A DNA stretch of 64,000 nt. It comes from a virus. Location: positions 118,678 through 182,677 of IMG/VR virus record IMGVR_UViG_3300028920_002946. One strand, 5' to 3'. Positions 48,116 to 55,944 of the stretch are shown here, one piece after another (within the stretch, counting starts at the first letter, position 1; the number at the start of each line of letters is the position of its first letter). A program made the position numbers and the translations under genes. The notes below the pieces were generated by a model. That model was not told where the DNA came from and did no database searches. It saw only the letters and a list, made by a program, of their open reading frames with translations.

Positions 48116-49015
48116 ATGAACCCGACTCTCGTGGCGGACAGCATCAGGGACAGGTTGTCGAAATACGTCGCCGACCACAACCTCAAGGCTCTGGTGCTCG
48201 GGGTGTCCGGAGGCGTCGACAGCGCCGTCTGCGCCGCCCTCGCCAGGCCGGTGTGCGACCTCCACGGGATCGATCTCGTCGGGCGCAGCATCACCATCGC
48301 CTCGAACAAGCGGGGTGAGATAACACGCGCGCAGTTAGTCGGCGAGGCGTTCTGCACGGACTTCAAGGAGATCGATCTCGGGGACGAGTTCGCGTCGCTT
48401 GTGAAGATCCTCATCGAGGACGACGAGCCGGGCGACCTGACGCACGAGCGGAGGGTGCGCCGCGGCAACCTCAAGGCTCGCCTGCGCATGATCCGGCTCT
48501 ATGATCTGGCCAGCAAACACGGCGGCATGGTGCTCTCCACGGACAACCTCACGGAACTGCTCCTCGGCTTCTGGACCATCTGCGGCGATGTCGGGGACTA
48601 CGGCATGATACAGAAGCTGTGGAAGAGCGAGGTGTACGCCGTCGCGCGCTCTCTGTGCCGCGCATTCGAGGCGGAGAAGAGGTCGGACAGGAGCGAGGCC
48701 CTGCAGGCCTGCATAGCCGCCGTGCCCACGGACGGCCTGGGCGTGACCGACAGCGACCTCGACCAGTTCGGCGCCTCTGACTACGAGGAGGTCGAGCGCA
48801 TCCTCAAGACATGGCTCTGCCAGGACGAGGACGCGTTCGCCTGGGACTCCTGGCTGCGCTACGAGGGGCGCCCGGAGACGTTCAAGGAACTGCTGGAGGA
48901 GCGCGGGCGCATCGCCGACCACCCCGTGGTGTGTAGGCACGTCGCAACGGCCTACAAGCGCGACATACCCATCAGCATACCGCGGCACGACATAGACGGC
49001 CTTCCCGACGAGTAG
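48116..49015 (+). CDS. nadE: NH3-dependent NAD+ synthetase
   Basis: GVSGGVDSAV, GNLKARLRM, STDNLTE, GDVGD, KSEVY, PTDGL. Confidence 0.92.
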   Translation: MNPTLVADSIRDRLSKYVADHNLKALVLGVSGGVDSAVCAALARPVCDLHGIDLVGRSITIASNKRGEITRAQLVGEAFCTDFKEIDLGDEFASLVKILIEDDEPGDLTHERRVRRGNLKARLRMIRLYDLASKHGGMVLSTDNLTELLLGFWTICGDVGDYGMIQKLWKSEVYAVARSLCRAFEAEKRSDRSEALQACIAAVPTDGLGVTDSDLDQFGASDYEEVERILKTWLCQDEDAFAWDSWLRYEGRPETFKELLEERGRIADHPVVCRHVATAYKRDIPISIPRHDIDGLPDE

Positions 49016-49036
49016 CGCCAGGGGCCTTGGCGCCGC

Positions 49037-49049
49037 TAATCTATTAATA
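49037..49049 (+). promoter_or_regulatory. Putative late promoter motif TAATCTATTAATA
   Basis: Variant of the 34374 motif. Confidence 0.5.
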
Positions 49050-49058
49050 CCCGCTCAC

Positions 49059-49556
49059 ATGGGTATGATGGACGTCACCTCCATGCTCGACAGGGTAGCC
49101 GACAGGCTCGAGGCCGCCGGAAGGTTCCGCGAGGCCGAGGATGTCGATGTGCTGTCCAACACGATCGAGGCCGCGGGGTGGCGGCCGCTGCCGACGAGGA
49201 ACGTGGGCGGCGTCCCGCTCACCGAGCGGAAGATCGGCGACCCCAAGGGCATCAAGGAGAGGGGGGACAAACCCTCGAGATTCGATGTGGCGAAGGAGAT
49301 GGTGGACAGGCACATCGACGAGCGCAACGTCGCCATAGGGGCCGTCAAGGCGGGCATGGAGAGGTACGGGAGGATACTCGACGAAATCGCCAGGGAACAC
49401 CCGGATGTCGCCCCGAAGGCGCGCGAGTACAAGAAAAGGGTGAGCGACATGGCCGTTTCGGTCGAAAGGCAGCTGAAGGACTTCCTGCTCTATTTGATGC
49501 AGGTCAAGGGGGGCCCCGAGGTCACCGAATCCATGGTGGATTACCAAAGCAGTTGA
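49059..49556 (+). CDS. Hypothetical protein with conserved N-terminal helix motif
   Basis: LDRVADRLEAAGRFREAEDVD aligns with the N-terminus of 56363-56872. Confidence 0.6.
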   Translation: MGMMDVTSMLDRVADRLEAAGRFREAEDVDVLSNTIEAAGWRPLPTRNVGGVPLTERKIGDPKGIKERGDKPSRFDVAKEMVDRHIDERNVAIGAVKAGMERYGRILDEIAREHPDVAPKAREYKKRVSDMAVSVERQLKDFLLYLMQVKGGPEVTESMVDYQSS

Positions 49557-49581
49557 CACGGGGGCCTCTCCGTGCTATATT
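49553..49581 (+). promoter_or_regulatory. Promoter of tRNA cluster 1 (TTGACA-17-TATATT)
   Basis: Perfect -35, 17-nt spacer. Confidence 0.85.
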
Positions 49582-49600
49582 TGGTGCTTGGAGGAGAACC

Positions 49601-49660
49601 ATGACAAACGCCATGCTCAGGATAGTCGGAGAAGGTAGGGAGGGGAGAGGGCCGTCCTGA
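49601..49660 (+). CDS. Attenuator leader peptide 1 MTNAMLRIVGEGREGRGPS
   Basis: GGAGGAG RBS; codons AGG ATA GGA GAA GGT GAG GGG AGA match the downstream tRNAs. Confidence 0.85.
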   Translation: MTNAMLRIVGEGREGRGPS

Positions 49661-49684
49661 CGGGGCGTTTTGCGTTTGAACACC

Positions 49685-49720
49685 AACCCCCGTCAGGCCA
49701 GCCTGGCGGGGGTTTCTTTT
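49685..49720 (+). terminator. Intrinsic terminator (attenuator 1)
   Basis: AACCCCCGTCAGG/CCTGGCGGGGGTT plus U-tract; 5' arm alternatively pairs with 49656-49665. Confidence 0.85.
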
Positions 49721-49762
49721 TCTGTTCTTTGACAGTCTGCGGGTGCTAACAAGAACATCCAA

Positions 49763-49838
49763 GGCCCTATCGTCTAGTGGACCAGGACGGGTGGTTCTCA
49801 GCCATCAAACCGGGGTTCAATTCCCCGTAGGGCTACCA
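49763..49838 (+). tRNA. tRNA-Glu(CTC)
   Basis: Cloverleaf, loop TT-CTC-AG, CCA end. Confidence 0.92.
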
Positions 49839-49957
49839 TATAGCAAGCTTGTCGCGAGAGGACTCCGCGCGGGGTCTCCGCCCCCAAGGCCTGGCCCGGG
49901 CCGGCAGGGCGGGAGTAGCGGCGGCAGGGCGCTTTCACTACGGATCGGAGGAGGCCG

Positions 49958-50638
49958 ATGGATACTGCAATCGTGGAAATCAGGGCCGCCGAGGGCGGCG
50001 ACGACGCAAAGCTCCTCGTCGAGGAGCAACTGAAGATTTACGGCAAGGCGTGCATGCTGCATGGGCTATGACTGGCCATCCTGGAGATGCGGCCGGGATA
50101 CGTCTGCATCAAGGTGTCGGGACCCGGGGCCGGAAAACTCTTCGGGCCGGAGGGGGGCGGCCACAGGTGGCAGAGGGTGCCGCCGACGGAGAGGCGCGGC
50201 CGCGTCCAGACATCAACCGTCACGGTAGCGGTTCTTCGGGAGATCCCCGATCTGTCGCTCGACATCCCCGACGAGGACATTGAGATCACGACAGCCCGGG
50301 GATCCGGCAGGGGCGGCCAGCACCGCAACGTCACGGACTCCGCCGTGCAGATCAAACACGTCCCCACGGGCGTTATCGTGAGGTGCGAGTCGGAGCGCAG
50401 CCAGCACCGCAACATGGAACAGGCCATGGGTGTGCTGAAGCAGCGCATCCACCATCTGAGGGCCTCCTCGGTTTCAGAGGGGCGCAACAGCAGGCGCCGG
50501 CAGCAGGTGGGGAGCGGCATGCGCGGCGACAAGGTCAGGACCGTTCGCGTGAGGGACGGCAGGGTCGTCAACCATCTCAACGGCGGGCGCACGACGTACA
50601 AGCGGTATTCGCAGGGGCATATCGAGGATTTGTGGTAG
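49958..50638 (+). CDS. Class I peptide release factor-like protein (PPT, GGQ; no domain 1) with in-frame TGA at codon 38
   Basis: GGAGGAGG RBS; IVEIRAAEGGDDA...GL*LAIL...GGHRWQRVPPTE..GRVQTS..GGQHRN; TGA at 50069-50071. Confidence 0.8.
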
Positions 50639-50644
50639 CGACAC

Positions 50645-50720
50645 GGCCCGGTCGTCTAGTGGTTAGGACATTGGGTTTTCATCCCAAAGATCGCGAGTTC
50701 GATTCTCGTCCGGGCTACCA
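50645..50720 (+). tRNA. tRNA-Glu(TTC)
   Basis: Cloverleaf, loop TT-TTC-AT, CCA. Confidence 0.92.
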
Positions 50721-50756
50721 CCCACTCCGGGGGGCGCTATTGAAAAAGGTATTAAC

Positions 50757-50785
50757 TTTACAACAGCGCCCCTCGGGAGTATATT
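50757..50785 (+). promoter_or_regulatory. Internal promoter TTTACA-17-TATATT
   Basis: Immediately before tRNA(CAT). Confidence 0.6.
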
Positions 50786-50796
50786 GATGGGTTACA

Positions 50797-50873
50797 GGGC
50801 CCATAACTCAGTCGGTCAGAGTAGCGGACTCATAATCCGTCTGTCCAAGGTTCGAGCCCTTGTGGGCCCACCA
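50797..50873 (+). tRNA. tRNA(CAT), probably Ile2 (lysidine) rather than Met
   Basis: Ile2-like body GGGCCCA/CTCATAA; leader 1 contains the ATA codon. Confidence 0.85.
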
Positions 50874-50894
50874 CCCATCACAAGGAGCCCCCAA

Positions 50895-51170
50895 ATGATC
50901 ATCACGGCGAATTACGCCCCAGGGCAGCGTGTCTCGATAGTCGATGCCGAACTCACGGCGAGGGTCATGGGGGTGCTGTTCACCGACCGCGGCGTGTCGT
51001 ACATATGCCGATGGTATGACGGCCAGGAATTCCAAGAGAACGAGTTCGGTGACTCAGAGCTGTCCTCGACGGGAACACAGAACAGGGTGGCGGCGATATG
51101 CGGGGCGAGCGATGAAAAAGGCGACAAGGGAATTGCCGAAAAGGTTGCCGAGGCTAACCGCCGGAACTGA
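50895..51170 (+). CDS. Small hypothetical protein
   Basis: AGGAG RBS. Confidence 0.55.
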   Translation: MIITANYAPGQRVSIVDAELTARVMGVLFTDRGVSYICRWYDGQEFQENEFGDSELSSTGTQNRVAAICGASDEKGDKGIAEKVAEANRRN

Positions 51171-51600
51171 CATCAAGGCCTACCTCAAGGAGAAGCGCCG
51201 CTGTGAGTGCGCGCTTCTCAAGGCCATGCGCGAGGCCCACGCCGACCTCAAGGAACTCCTCAAAAAGATGGAGTCCCATTGGGAGTACGAGGATCTCGTC
51301 TACCGGTTCTACCACCACAGCTACAAGGCGCAGTTCGCCGCCGACCTCGGCAACGAGGTGTTCGACAGGCTCCTGTCTTTGGTGCCGTGGGGACACCGTG
51401 AATGCCCCGTGTTCGTACGCAGGCTGCGAGCGCGGTGCCGGCGGCCGTGGACCATGAGAAGGTCGAGGGCCGACATCGAACTGATGCTCCACGCGCGCTA
51501 CTTCCTGGAGATGGCCGTGAGGTACGGCAGGAGATACAAGCGGGGGCCGAATCCCATGCCGAGCGGGTATGCGGCCCTGATGTGCCTGTACGGATTATGA
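51112..51600 (+). CDS. Hypothetical protein
   Basis: ORF between tRNAs; HARYFLEMAVRYG. Confidence 0.55.
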   Translation: MKKATRELPKRLPRLTAGTDIKAYLKEKRRCECALLKAMREAHADLKELLKKMESHWEYEDLVYRFYHHSYKAQFAADLGNEVFDRLLSLVPWGHRECPVFVRRLRARCRRPWTMRRSRADIELMLHARYFLEMAVRYGRRYKRGPNPMPSGYAALMCLYGL

Positions 51601-51604
51601 TAAC

Positions 51605-51680
51605 GCCCCCGTAGCTCAGACGAATAGAGCCTCGGACTTCTAATCCGATTGCCCGGGTTTGAGTCCCGGCGGGGGTTCCA
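51605..51680 (+). tRNA. tRNA-Arg(TCT)
   Basis: Loop CT-TCT-AA, CCA; T-loop TTTGAGT variant. Confidence 0.88.
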
Positions 51681-51681
51681 C

Positions 51682-51756
51682 GCGGACGTAGCTCAATGGT
51701 AGAGCTCGACCCTTCCAAGGTCGCTGTTGTCGGTTCGAGTCCGATCGTCCGCTCCA
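51682..51756 (+). tRNA. tRNA-Gly(TCC)
   Basis: Loop CT-TCC-AA, U73, CCA. Confidence 0.92.
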
Positions 51757-51775
51757 ATTTGTCAAGCGGGATCAG

Positions 51776-52393
51776 ATGAGAAAATTTCGGGATCTATGGA
51801 AACCCTACATCAACCGGCAGAAGTGCTCGGAGTGCCAGCTTGTGACGGCGCTCAACGCGTACACCTATCTGCACGGCAGGCCATATTGCGAACAGGATTC
51901 GGACGAGTACGAGCGCCTTGTCGATATGGTGGGTGCCAGGCACGGGTCGGCGATACACATCGAGAGGGCGTGGAAGCTGTTGGGGATATGGCCCGTCGCC
52001 AGATATATCTCCTTCGATGATGTTCTGTCGCACAGCCCGAGCCACATTTACATGAAGAGGCTACCGCACGACAGGAACTCGAATTGGTCGAAGAGGGTGA
52101 CATGGGTCAAGCGCAACGGGACGATCCAGCGCCAGTCGAAGTCGAAGGCCGTGCTGCCGGCCGAGGTGACGATATGGCATCCGACGGTCGGCTACCACTC
52201 ATGTCTAATTATCGACCGCAACGAGGCCCTCGACATGGTGAGGGTGTCCAACTTCAAGCACGACACGCATTGGTCGGGCTGGATGTTCGTTTCGGAGCTC
52301 AAATGTCTCGAGAGCCGGGTCACGAGCGGGAAGGACGGCTTGAACAGCGATGGTCAGCAGTGGCTGTACAGGGTTTTCGGAACGCGGGAGTAA
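51776..52393 (+). CDS. Papain-fold (C39-like) peptidase candidate
   Basis: Q..SECQLVTALNA, YHSCL, VSNF; stop lies inside tRNA-Gly(CCC). Confidence 0.5.
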   Translation: MRKFRDLWKPYINRQKCSECQLVTALNAYTYLHGRPYCEQDSDEYERLVDMVGARHGSAIHIERAWKLLGIWPVARYISFDDVLSHSPSHIYMKRLPHDRNSNWSKRVTWVKRNGTIQRQSKSKAVLPAEVTIWHPTVGYHSCLIIDRNEALDMVRVSNFKHDTHWSGWMFVSELKCLESRVTSGKDGLNSDGQQWLYRVFGTRE

Positions 52394-52458
52394 CTCAGTG
52401 GCGGAGTCTCTGCTTCCCAAGCAGATGGTCGCGGGTTCGAACCCCGCCTCCCGCTCCA
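52384..52458 (+). tRNA. tRNA-Gly(CCC)
   Basis: Loop TT-CCC-AA, U73, CCA. Confidence 0.92.
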
Positions 52459-52473
52459 CCGTAAGGAAGTTTT

Positions 52474-52812
52474 ATGGCCTTAGACTACATCTTCGATGAG
52501 GATGCAGTTCTCAAGGAAGCGGGCGAGTGGCCCGAGATACATTGTAGTGCCGAGGTGTTTTGCAACAGGTGTCGGGTCAAGCACACTACACTCAAATTCA
52601 CCATGAGCCATCCAGATTACAAGCTACCCAAGGACGTTGTAGGTTGCTTCTATGGGCATGATATGCGCGCCTGTATGTGGTACAACGGAAGAATCGAAAA
52701 GGGGTGGTACAGGAGTAGCGACGTTATCTGCTGCCCCCAATGCGCCCCTAAAGAGAAACGTCATGAAAGATGGAGCTTGTTCTGGTGGAATTTCTGGGGT
52801 CGGTTTTTCTGA
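52474..52812 (+). CDS. Cys-rich hypothetical protein (lower GC)
   Basis: Flanked by duplicated CTCCCGCTCCA (52448, 52850). Confidence 0.55.
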   Translation: MALDYIFDEDAVLKEAGEWPEIHCSAEVFCNRCRVKHTTLKFTMSHPDYKLPKDVVGCFYGHDMRACMWYNGRIEKGWYRSSDVICCPQCAPKEKRHERWSLFWWNFWGRFF

Positions 52813-52865
52813 AGAGGAAGGCTTCACACGAAAGCTGAACAGTCCCCCTCTCCCGCTCCATATAT

Positions 52866-52941
52866 GCGGCAGTAGCTCATCCGGTAGAGCACCTGCTTGC
52901 CATGCAGGAGGTGGTCGGTTCGAGGCCGGCCTGCCGCACCA
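52866..52941 (+). tRNA. tRNA-Gly(GCC)
   Basis: Loop TT-GCC-AT, CCA. Confidence 0.9.
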
Positions 52942-52991
52942 GATTAATCCAGGACGCCCGACATATTATATTGGTGTATGGAAGCCGTAAA

Positions 52992-53106
52992 ACCCATGGG
53001 GCCGGAGGCAAGACAACCGACCGCGCGGCGGCGCCGACGGGGGACAACTTCCCCGGCCTCACGAAGCCGGGCGCCCTTGAGGTTAGAGTCGCCTTTCCCC
53101 ATGGGT
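52992..53106 (+). ncRNA. Unidentified structured RNA candidate (~115 nt)
   Basis: 10-bp terminal stem ACCCATGGGG/CCCCATGGGT, extended bulged helix, two apical hairpins; TTAATC-17-TATATT promoter at 52944-52972. Confidence 0.5.
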
Positions 53107-53120
53107 CCCGGCATATGTAA

Positions 53121-53197
53121 GCCCCTGTAGCTCAGCAGGATAGAGCACGAGTTTCCTAAACTCGGTGTCCCGCGTTCGAGTCGCGGCAGGGGTGCCA
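53121..53197 (+). tRNA. tRNA-Arg(CCT)
   Basis: Loop TT-CCT-AA, CCA. Confidence 0.92.
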
Positions 53198-53204
53198 AAT
53201 ACAG

Positions 53205-53783
53205 ATGGAGGATGTCATGAGGGCAACGCCCAAGAAGTCCGCATCGAAGGCCCCGCGCCCGAGGCGCAATAGCACCCGCAAGGCTGCCGCCAAGCCCAAG
53301 CCGAAAAAGAAGAATACCCCGCCCGACGAGGAGGGGTTCCTCCATGACCGCCTCCTGACGGTCGAATCGGCCCTCAAGAACTTGACCAAGCACGTCCGCC
53401 ACATCGAGAAGGCCCTCGATGACGCCGAGGGAAGGGGCCGGGAAAAAGCCGCCTGGGAGGGTTTCGGCGAGGGCATGAGCGCCCTGTCGGGCCTCATCAC
53501 CGACATCCGAACCATCGAGACCAACATCCGCGATATAGTGGCGCAGAATCCGACCGACCGCCTCGAAAACGCGCTCGGCCGCGCCGTCATGCTGTCGCTG
53601 CTGTGGTTCAGGGAGGGCGACCGCGAACCTCTGCAGATACACAGGATCCTCGTTGCGAAGGTGCTGGACATCTTGAAGGAGTGGGCCTCCAAGAAGGATG
53701 TCAAAACCTTCGAGGGCAGCATGGACCAAGCCCTCGCCAGGAGCGTGTACGACGCCCTCGGCGGCCATTCGATTCTCGACTGA
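53205..53783 (+). CDS. Hypothetical protein with basic N-terminal tail
   Basis: GGAGG RBS suggests start near 53217. Confidence 0.6.
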   Translation: MEDVMRATPKKSASKAPRPRRNSTRKAAAKPKPKKKNTPPDEEGFLHDRLLTVESALKNLTKHVRHIEKALDDAEGRGREKAAWEGFGEGMSALSGLITDIRTIETNIRDIVAQNPTDRLENALGRAVMLSLLWFREGDREPLQIHRILVAKVLDILKEWASKKDVKTFEGSMDQALARSVYDALGGHSILD

Positions 53784-53829
53784 CAACCAAACGAGGCGGC
53801 GCCGCCGCCGCAGAAGAAAGGCGTTCAAA

Positions 53830-54348
53830 ATGGCAATGACCGTACCGGACGACGTCGTGCCGATCATCACGCCGGCGATACGGAATCGTATCGCGCAGCT
53901 ACTCGAGGAGGCCTTCAAGCTCGCCTCGCTGGCAGACTGCTCGGATGTCCTCGAGGGAAGCATCGACAAGCTGACGGCGAAGTACTTCCAGGAGGGCGGG
54001 TCGCCGAGAGATCTCGATGACATGCCGGACAACTCCGACCCGCCGTCGATGTCGATCCTCACAACCGATCTTCCGTCGCCCCGGTCCCTCCTCGAGTCCG
54101 GCGGCCAATCCCGGGCGGTTGGCAGGAACGTCAAAAAGACCCGGGGGATCCCCGTCAGCGAGTTGGTTGAGGCCGACAACTATACGGCGCGCGGAAACCC
54201 CGTGTCCAGGTACAAGGGTGTGTCGTACAGCGGCATGGTGCGCAGGCCGTGGGTGGCCAGGTACAAGGGGAGGCGCCTGGGCTGCTACAAGGATGAGGTT
54301 TCCGCCGCGCAGGCATACGAGCGCGCGCGGTCGAGGAAAAGGGGTTGA
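53830..54348 (+). CDS. Protein with C-terminal AP2-like DNA-binding domain
   Basis: SRYKGVS...WVARY..RRLGCYKDEVSAAQAYE. Confidence 0.7.
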   Translation: MAMTVPDDVVPIITPAIRNRIAQLLEEAFKLASLADCSDVLEGSIDKLTAKYFQEGGSPRDLDDMPDNSDPPSMSILTTDLPSPRSLLESGGQSRAVGRNVKKTRGIPVSELVEADNYTARGNPVSRYKGVSYSGMVRRPWVARYKGRRLGCYKDEVSAAQAYERARSRKRG

Positions 54349-54373
54349 CATCGACCCGCAACGGCGGTATATT
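54345..54373 (+). promoter_or_regulatory. Promoter of tRNA cluster 2 (TTGACA-17-TATATT)
   Basis: Perfect -35, 17-nt spacer. Confidence 0.85.
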
Positions 54374-54427
54374 TGATGGATGTCTGCGCCGGGCGTGCCG
54401 CGGCGCAAACCAGCAGGGAGATTCGGA

Positions 54428-54496
54428 ATGTCTGTGACGGTCCTCAAACGAGTCGTTGTCAAGCGTCGGGTATCGACGCCAAGGGGGGCCGTGTAG
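54428..54496 (+). CDS. Attenuator leader peptide 2 MSVTVLKRVVVKRRVSTPRGAV
   Basis: GGGAG RBS; own translation; GTG GTC AAA CGA GTT AAG CGT CGG GTA match the downstream tRNAs. Confidence 0.85.
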   Translation: MSVTVLKRVVVKRRVSTPRGAV

Positions 54497-54527
54497 CCTA
54501 GTTTCCGTCTCACGCGATGAATACACG

Positions 54528-54561
54528 ACCCCCGGGCGAGCAGCCTGGGGGTTTTCTTTTT
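54528..54561 (+). terminator. Intrinsic terminator (attenuator 2)
   Basis: ACCCCCGGGC/GCCTGGGGGT plus TTTCTTTTT; 54522-54533 alternatively pairs with 54484-54495. Confidence 0.85.
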
Positions 54562-54637
54562 GGGTCCGTAGCTCAGTTGGTAGAGCTTGCGCCTTTTAAG
54601 CGTAAGGTCCCGGGTTCGAAACCCGGCGGGCCCACCA
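54562..54637 (+). tRNA. tRNA-Lys(TTT)
   Basis: Loop CT-TTT-AA, CCA. Confidence 0.92.
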
Positions 54638-54670
54638 GAGGGGACTTGCTATTCTATGCATATCCTTTTC

Positions 54671-54745
54671 GGGCGTGTAGCTCAGTCGGTGCAGAGCGCG
54701 TGTTTTACAGGCACGAGGTCGAGCGTTCGAGTCGCTCCGCGCCCA
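54671..54745 (+). tRNA. tRNA-Val(TAC), CCA not encoded
   Basis: Loop TT-TAC-AG. Confidence 0.85.
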
Positions 54746-54762
54746 CGGAAAGGGATGGTGCC

Positions 54763-55173
54763 ATGGGAAACGAGGAAATCGACGGCTTCAGCACGGAGAT
54801 GATAAGAGAACTCAGGAACGACTTTACATTCTTCATCGCCATGTCCATGCTGAAAATAATGGCGTCATCAACGCCGGACGCCAAGAAGTTCATTCGCGAG
54901 GTGGTCTGGAAATGGCGTGAAAAACAGGTGCAGGCACTGCACATAGTGGCGAGCGAGATGGACAAGAGGATGTTTGAGGACAAGGAGTTCTCCGAATTGT
55001 TCGGCCCCGTCATGAGGCAAGTGAACAAGACGCAGCGCGGGGTGATGATAGACTGCATACGCAAATTCTGCGACACCATGGAGGAAGCCCTCGTCGCGTC
55101 CATGTCGTCCGAAACGGACGGAGGCGACGGGGATCCCTTGAATGAAGAAGGCGAAGGCAACGTGCCCTCATAG
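54763..55173 (+). CDS. Hypothetical protein
   Basis: Stop lies inside tRNA-Lys(CTT). Confidence 0.55.
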   Translation: MGNEEIDGFSTEMIRELRNDFTFFIAMSMLKIMASSTPDAKKFIREVVWKWREKQVQALHIVASEMDKRMFEDKEFSELFGPVMRQVNKTQRGVMIDCIRKFCDTMEEALVASMSSETDGGDGDPLNEEGEGNVPS

Positions 55174-55239
55174 CTCAGCTGGTAGAGCAGCGGACTCTTA
55201 ATCCGCGAGTCCCAGGTTCGAACCCTGGTGGGGGTACCA
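55164..55239 (+). tRNA. tRNA-Lys(CTT)
   Basis: Loop CT-CTT-AA, CCA. Confidence 0.92.
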
Positions 55240-55256
55240 ATTTTTCAGGGCGGCAA

Positions 55257-55333
55257 GCCCCCGTAGCTCAGCGGATGAGAGCACCACGCTCCGGACGTGG
55301 GGGTCGCGCGTTCGAGTCGCGCCGGGGGTACCA
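55257..55333 (+). tRNA. tRNA-Arg(CCG)
   Basis: Loop CT-CCG-GA, CCA. Confidence 0.92.
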
Positions 55334-55347
55334 GCCAAGGGGTGGGC

Positions 55348-55854
55348 ATGGAAGGCGGATGGTTCGTCAAGCTTCTGCTTCTCACCGTCCAGAGGACGTG
55401 GGCCCTTCTGACGGGCGGGGTGGAGTCCCTGTTCTACCTGAAGCATTGGTCGAGGGGCCACAGGATCATCGCGAATGCGCGCGACCTGATAAGGGACACC
55501 GCCGAACTCGAGAGGTTCTACAAAGAGATGCACGTGGTCGAATACCGGCGGGATTGGCTTGACAGATGGTCGTTCCCGTGGGTCACGGCCGTCAAACGGA
55601 AGGGCGACTGCGAGGATTTCATGACGCTGTCGTACGCGATAATGAAGGAGAAGGCGAAGTGCGTGAGGACAGCCCTGTACGGTAGGAGGGACGGCAAGAG
55701 AGGCGGCCACGCCGTGCTGATCGTCCGCGAGTCCGGCGGGTGGGTCTTGATGAGCAACATGCACCGGTATATATGGTTCGACAATCCGCATGACGCGGCA
55801 CGGAAGCATTACGGAAAGGACACGACCAGGTACTACTTCCTGGACAGGACATAA
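55348..55854 (+). CDS. Transglutaminase-like cysteine peptidase
   Basis: KGDCEDF and GHAVL motifs. Confidence 0.7.
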   Translation: MEGGWFVKLLLLTVQRTWALLTGGVESLFYLKHWSRGHRIIANARDLIRDTAELERFYKEMHVVEYRRDWLDRWSFPWVTAVKRKGDCEDFMTLSYAIMKEKAKCVRTALYGRRDGKRGGHAVLIVRESGGWVLMSNMHRYIWFDNPHDAARKHYGKDTTRYYFLDRT

Positions 55855-55861
55855 AACATAC

Positions 55862-55938
55862 GCCCCCGTAGCTCAACTGGATAGAGCGTGCGGCTACGGA
55901 CCGCAAGGTTCCGGGTTCGACCCCTGGCGGGGGTGCCA
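55862..55938 (+). tRNA. tRNA-Arg(ACG)
   Basis: Loop CT-ACG-GA, CCA. Confidence 0.92.
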
Positions 55939-55944
55939 TCTTCA

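Noticed and set aside
49729-49752. TTGACA just after terminator 1 as a bypass promoter (also TTGACA at 18440 and 59465)
   Set aside because: No -10 element at 16-18 nt spacing.
49839-49957. GC-rich hairpins upstream of the release-factor gene as a riboswitch or SECIS-like element
   Set aside because: No recognisable motif; the structure is upstream, not 3' of the UGA; cannot be distinguished from background GC pairing.
49958-50638. Genome-wide UGA recoding (genetic code 4/25)
   Set aside because: Many conserved genes end in TGA with ATGA/GTGA overlaps and no other conserved gene is broken by TGA.
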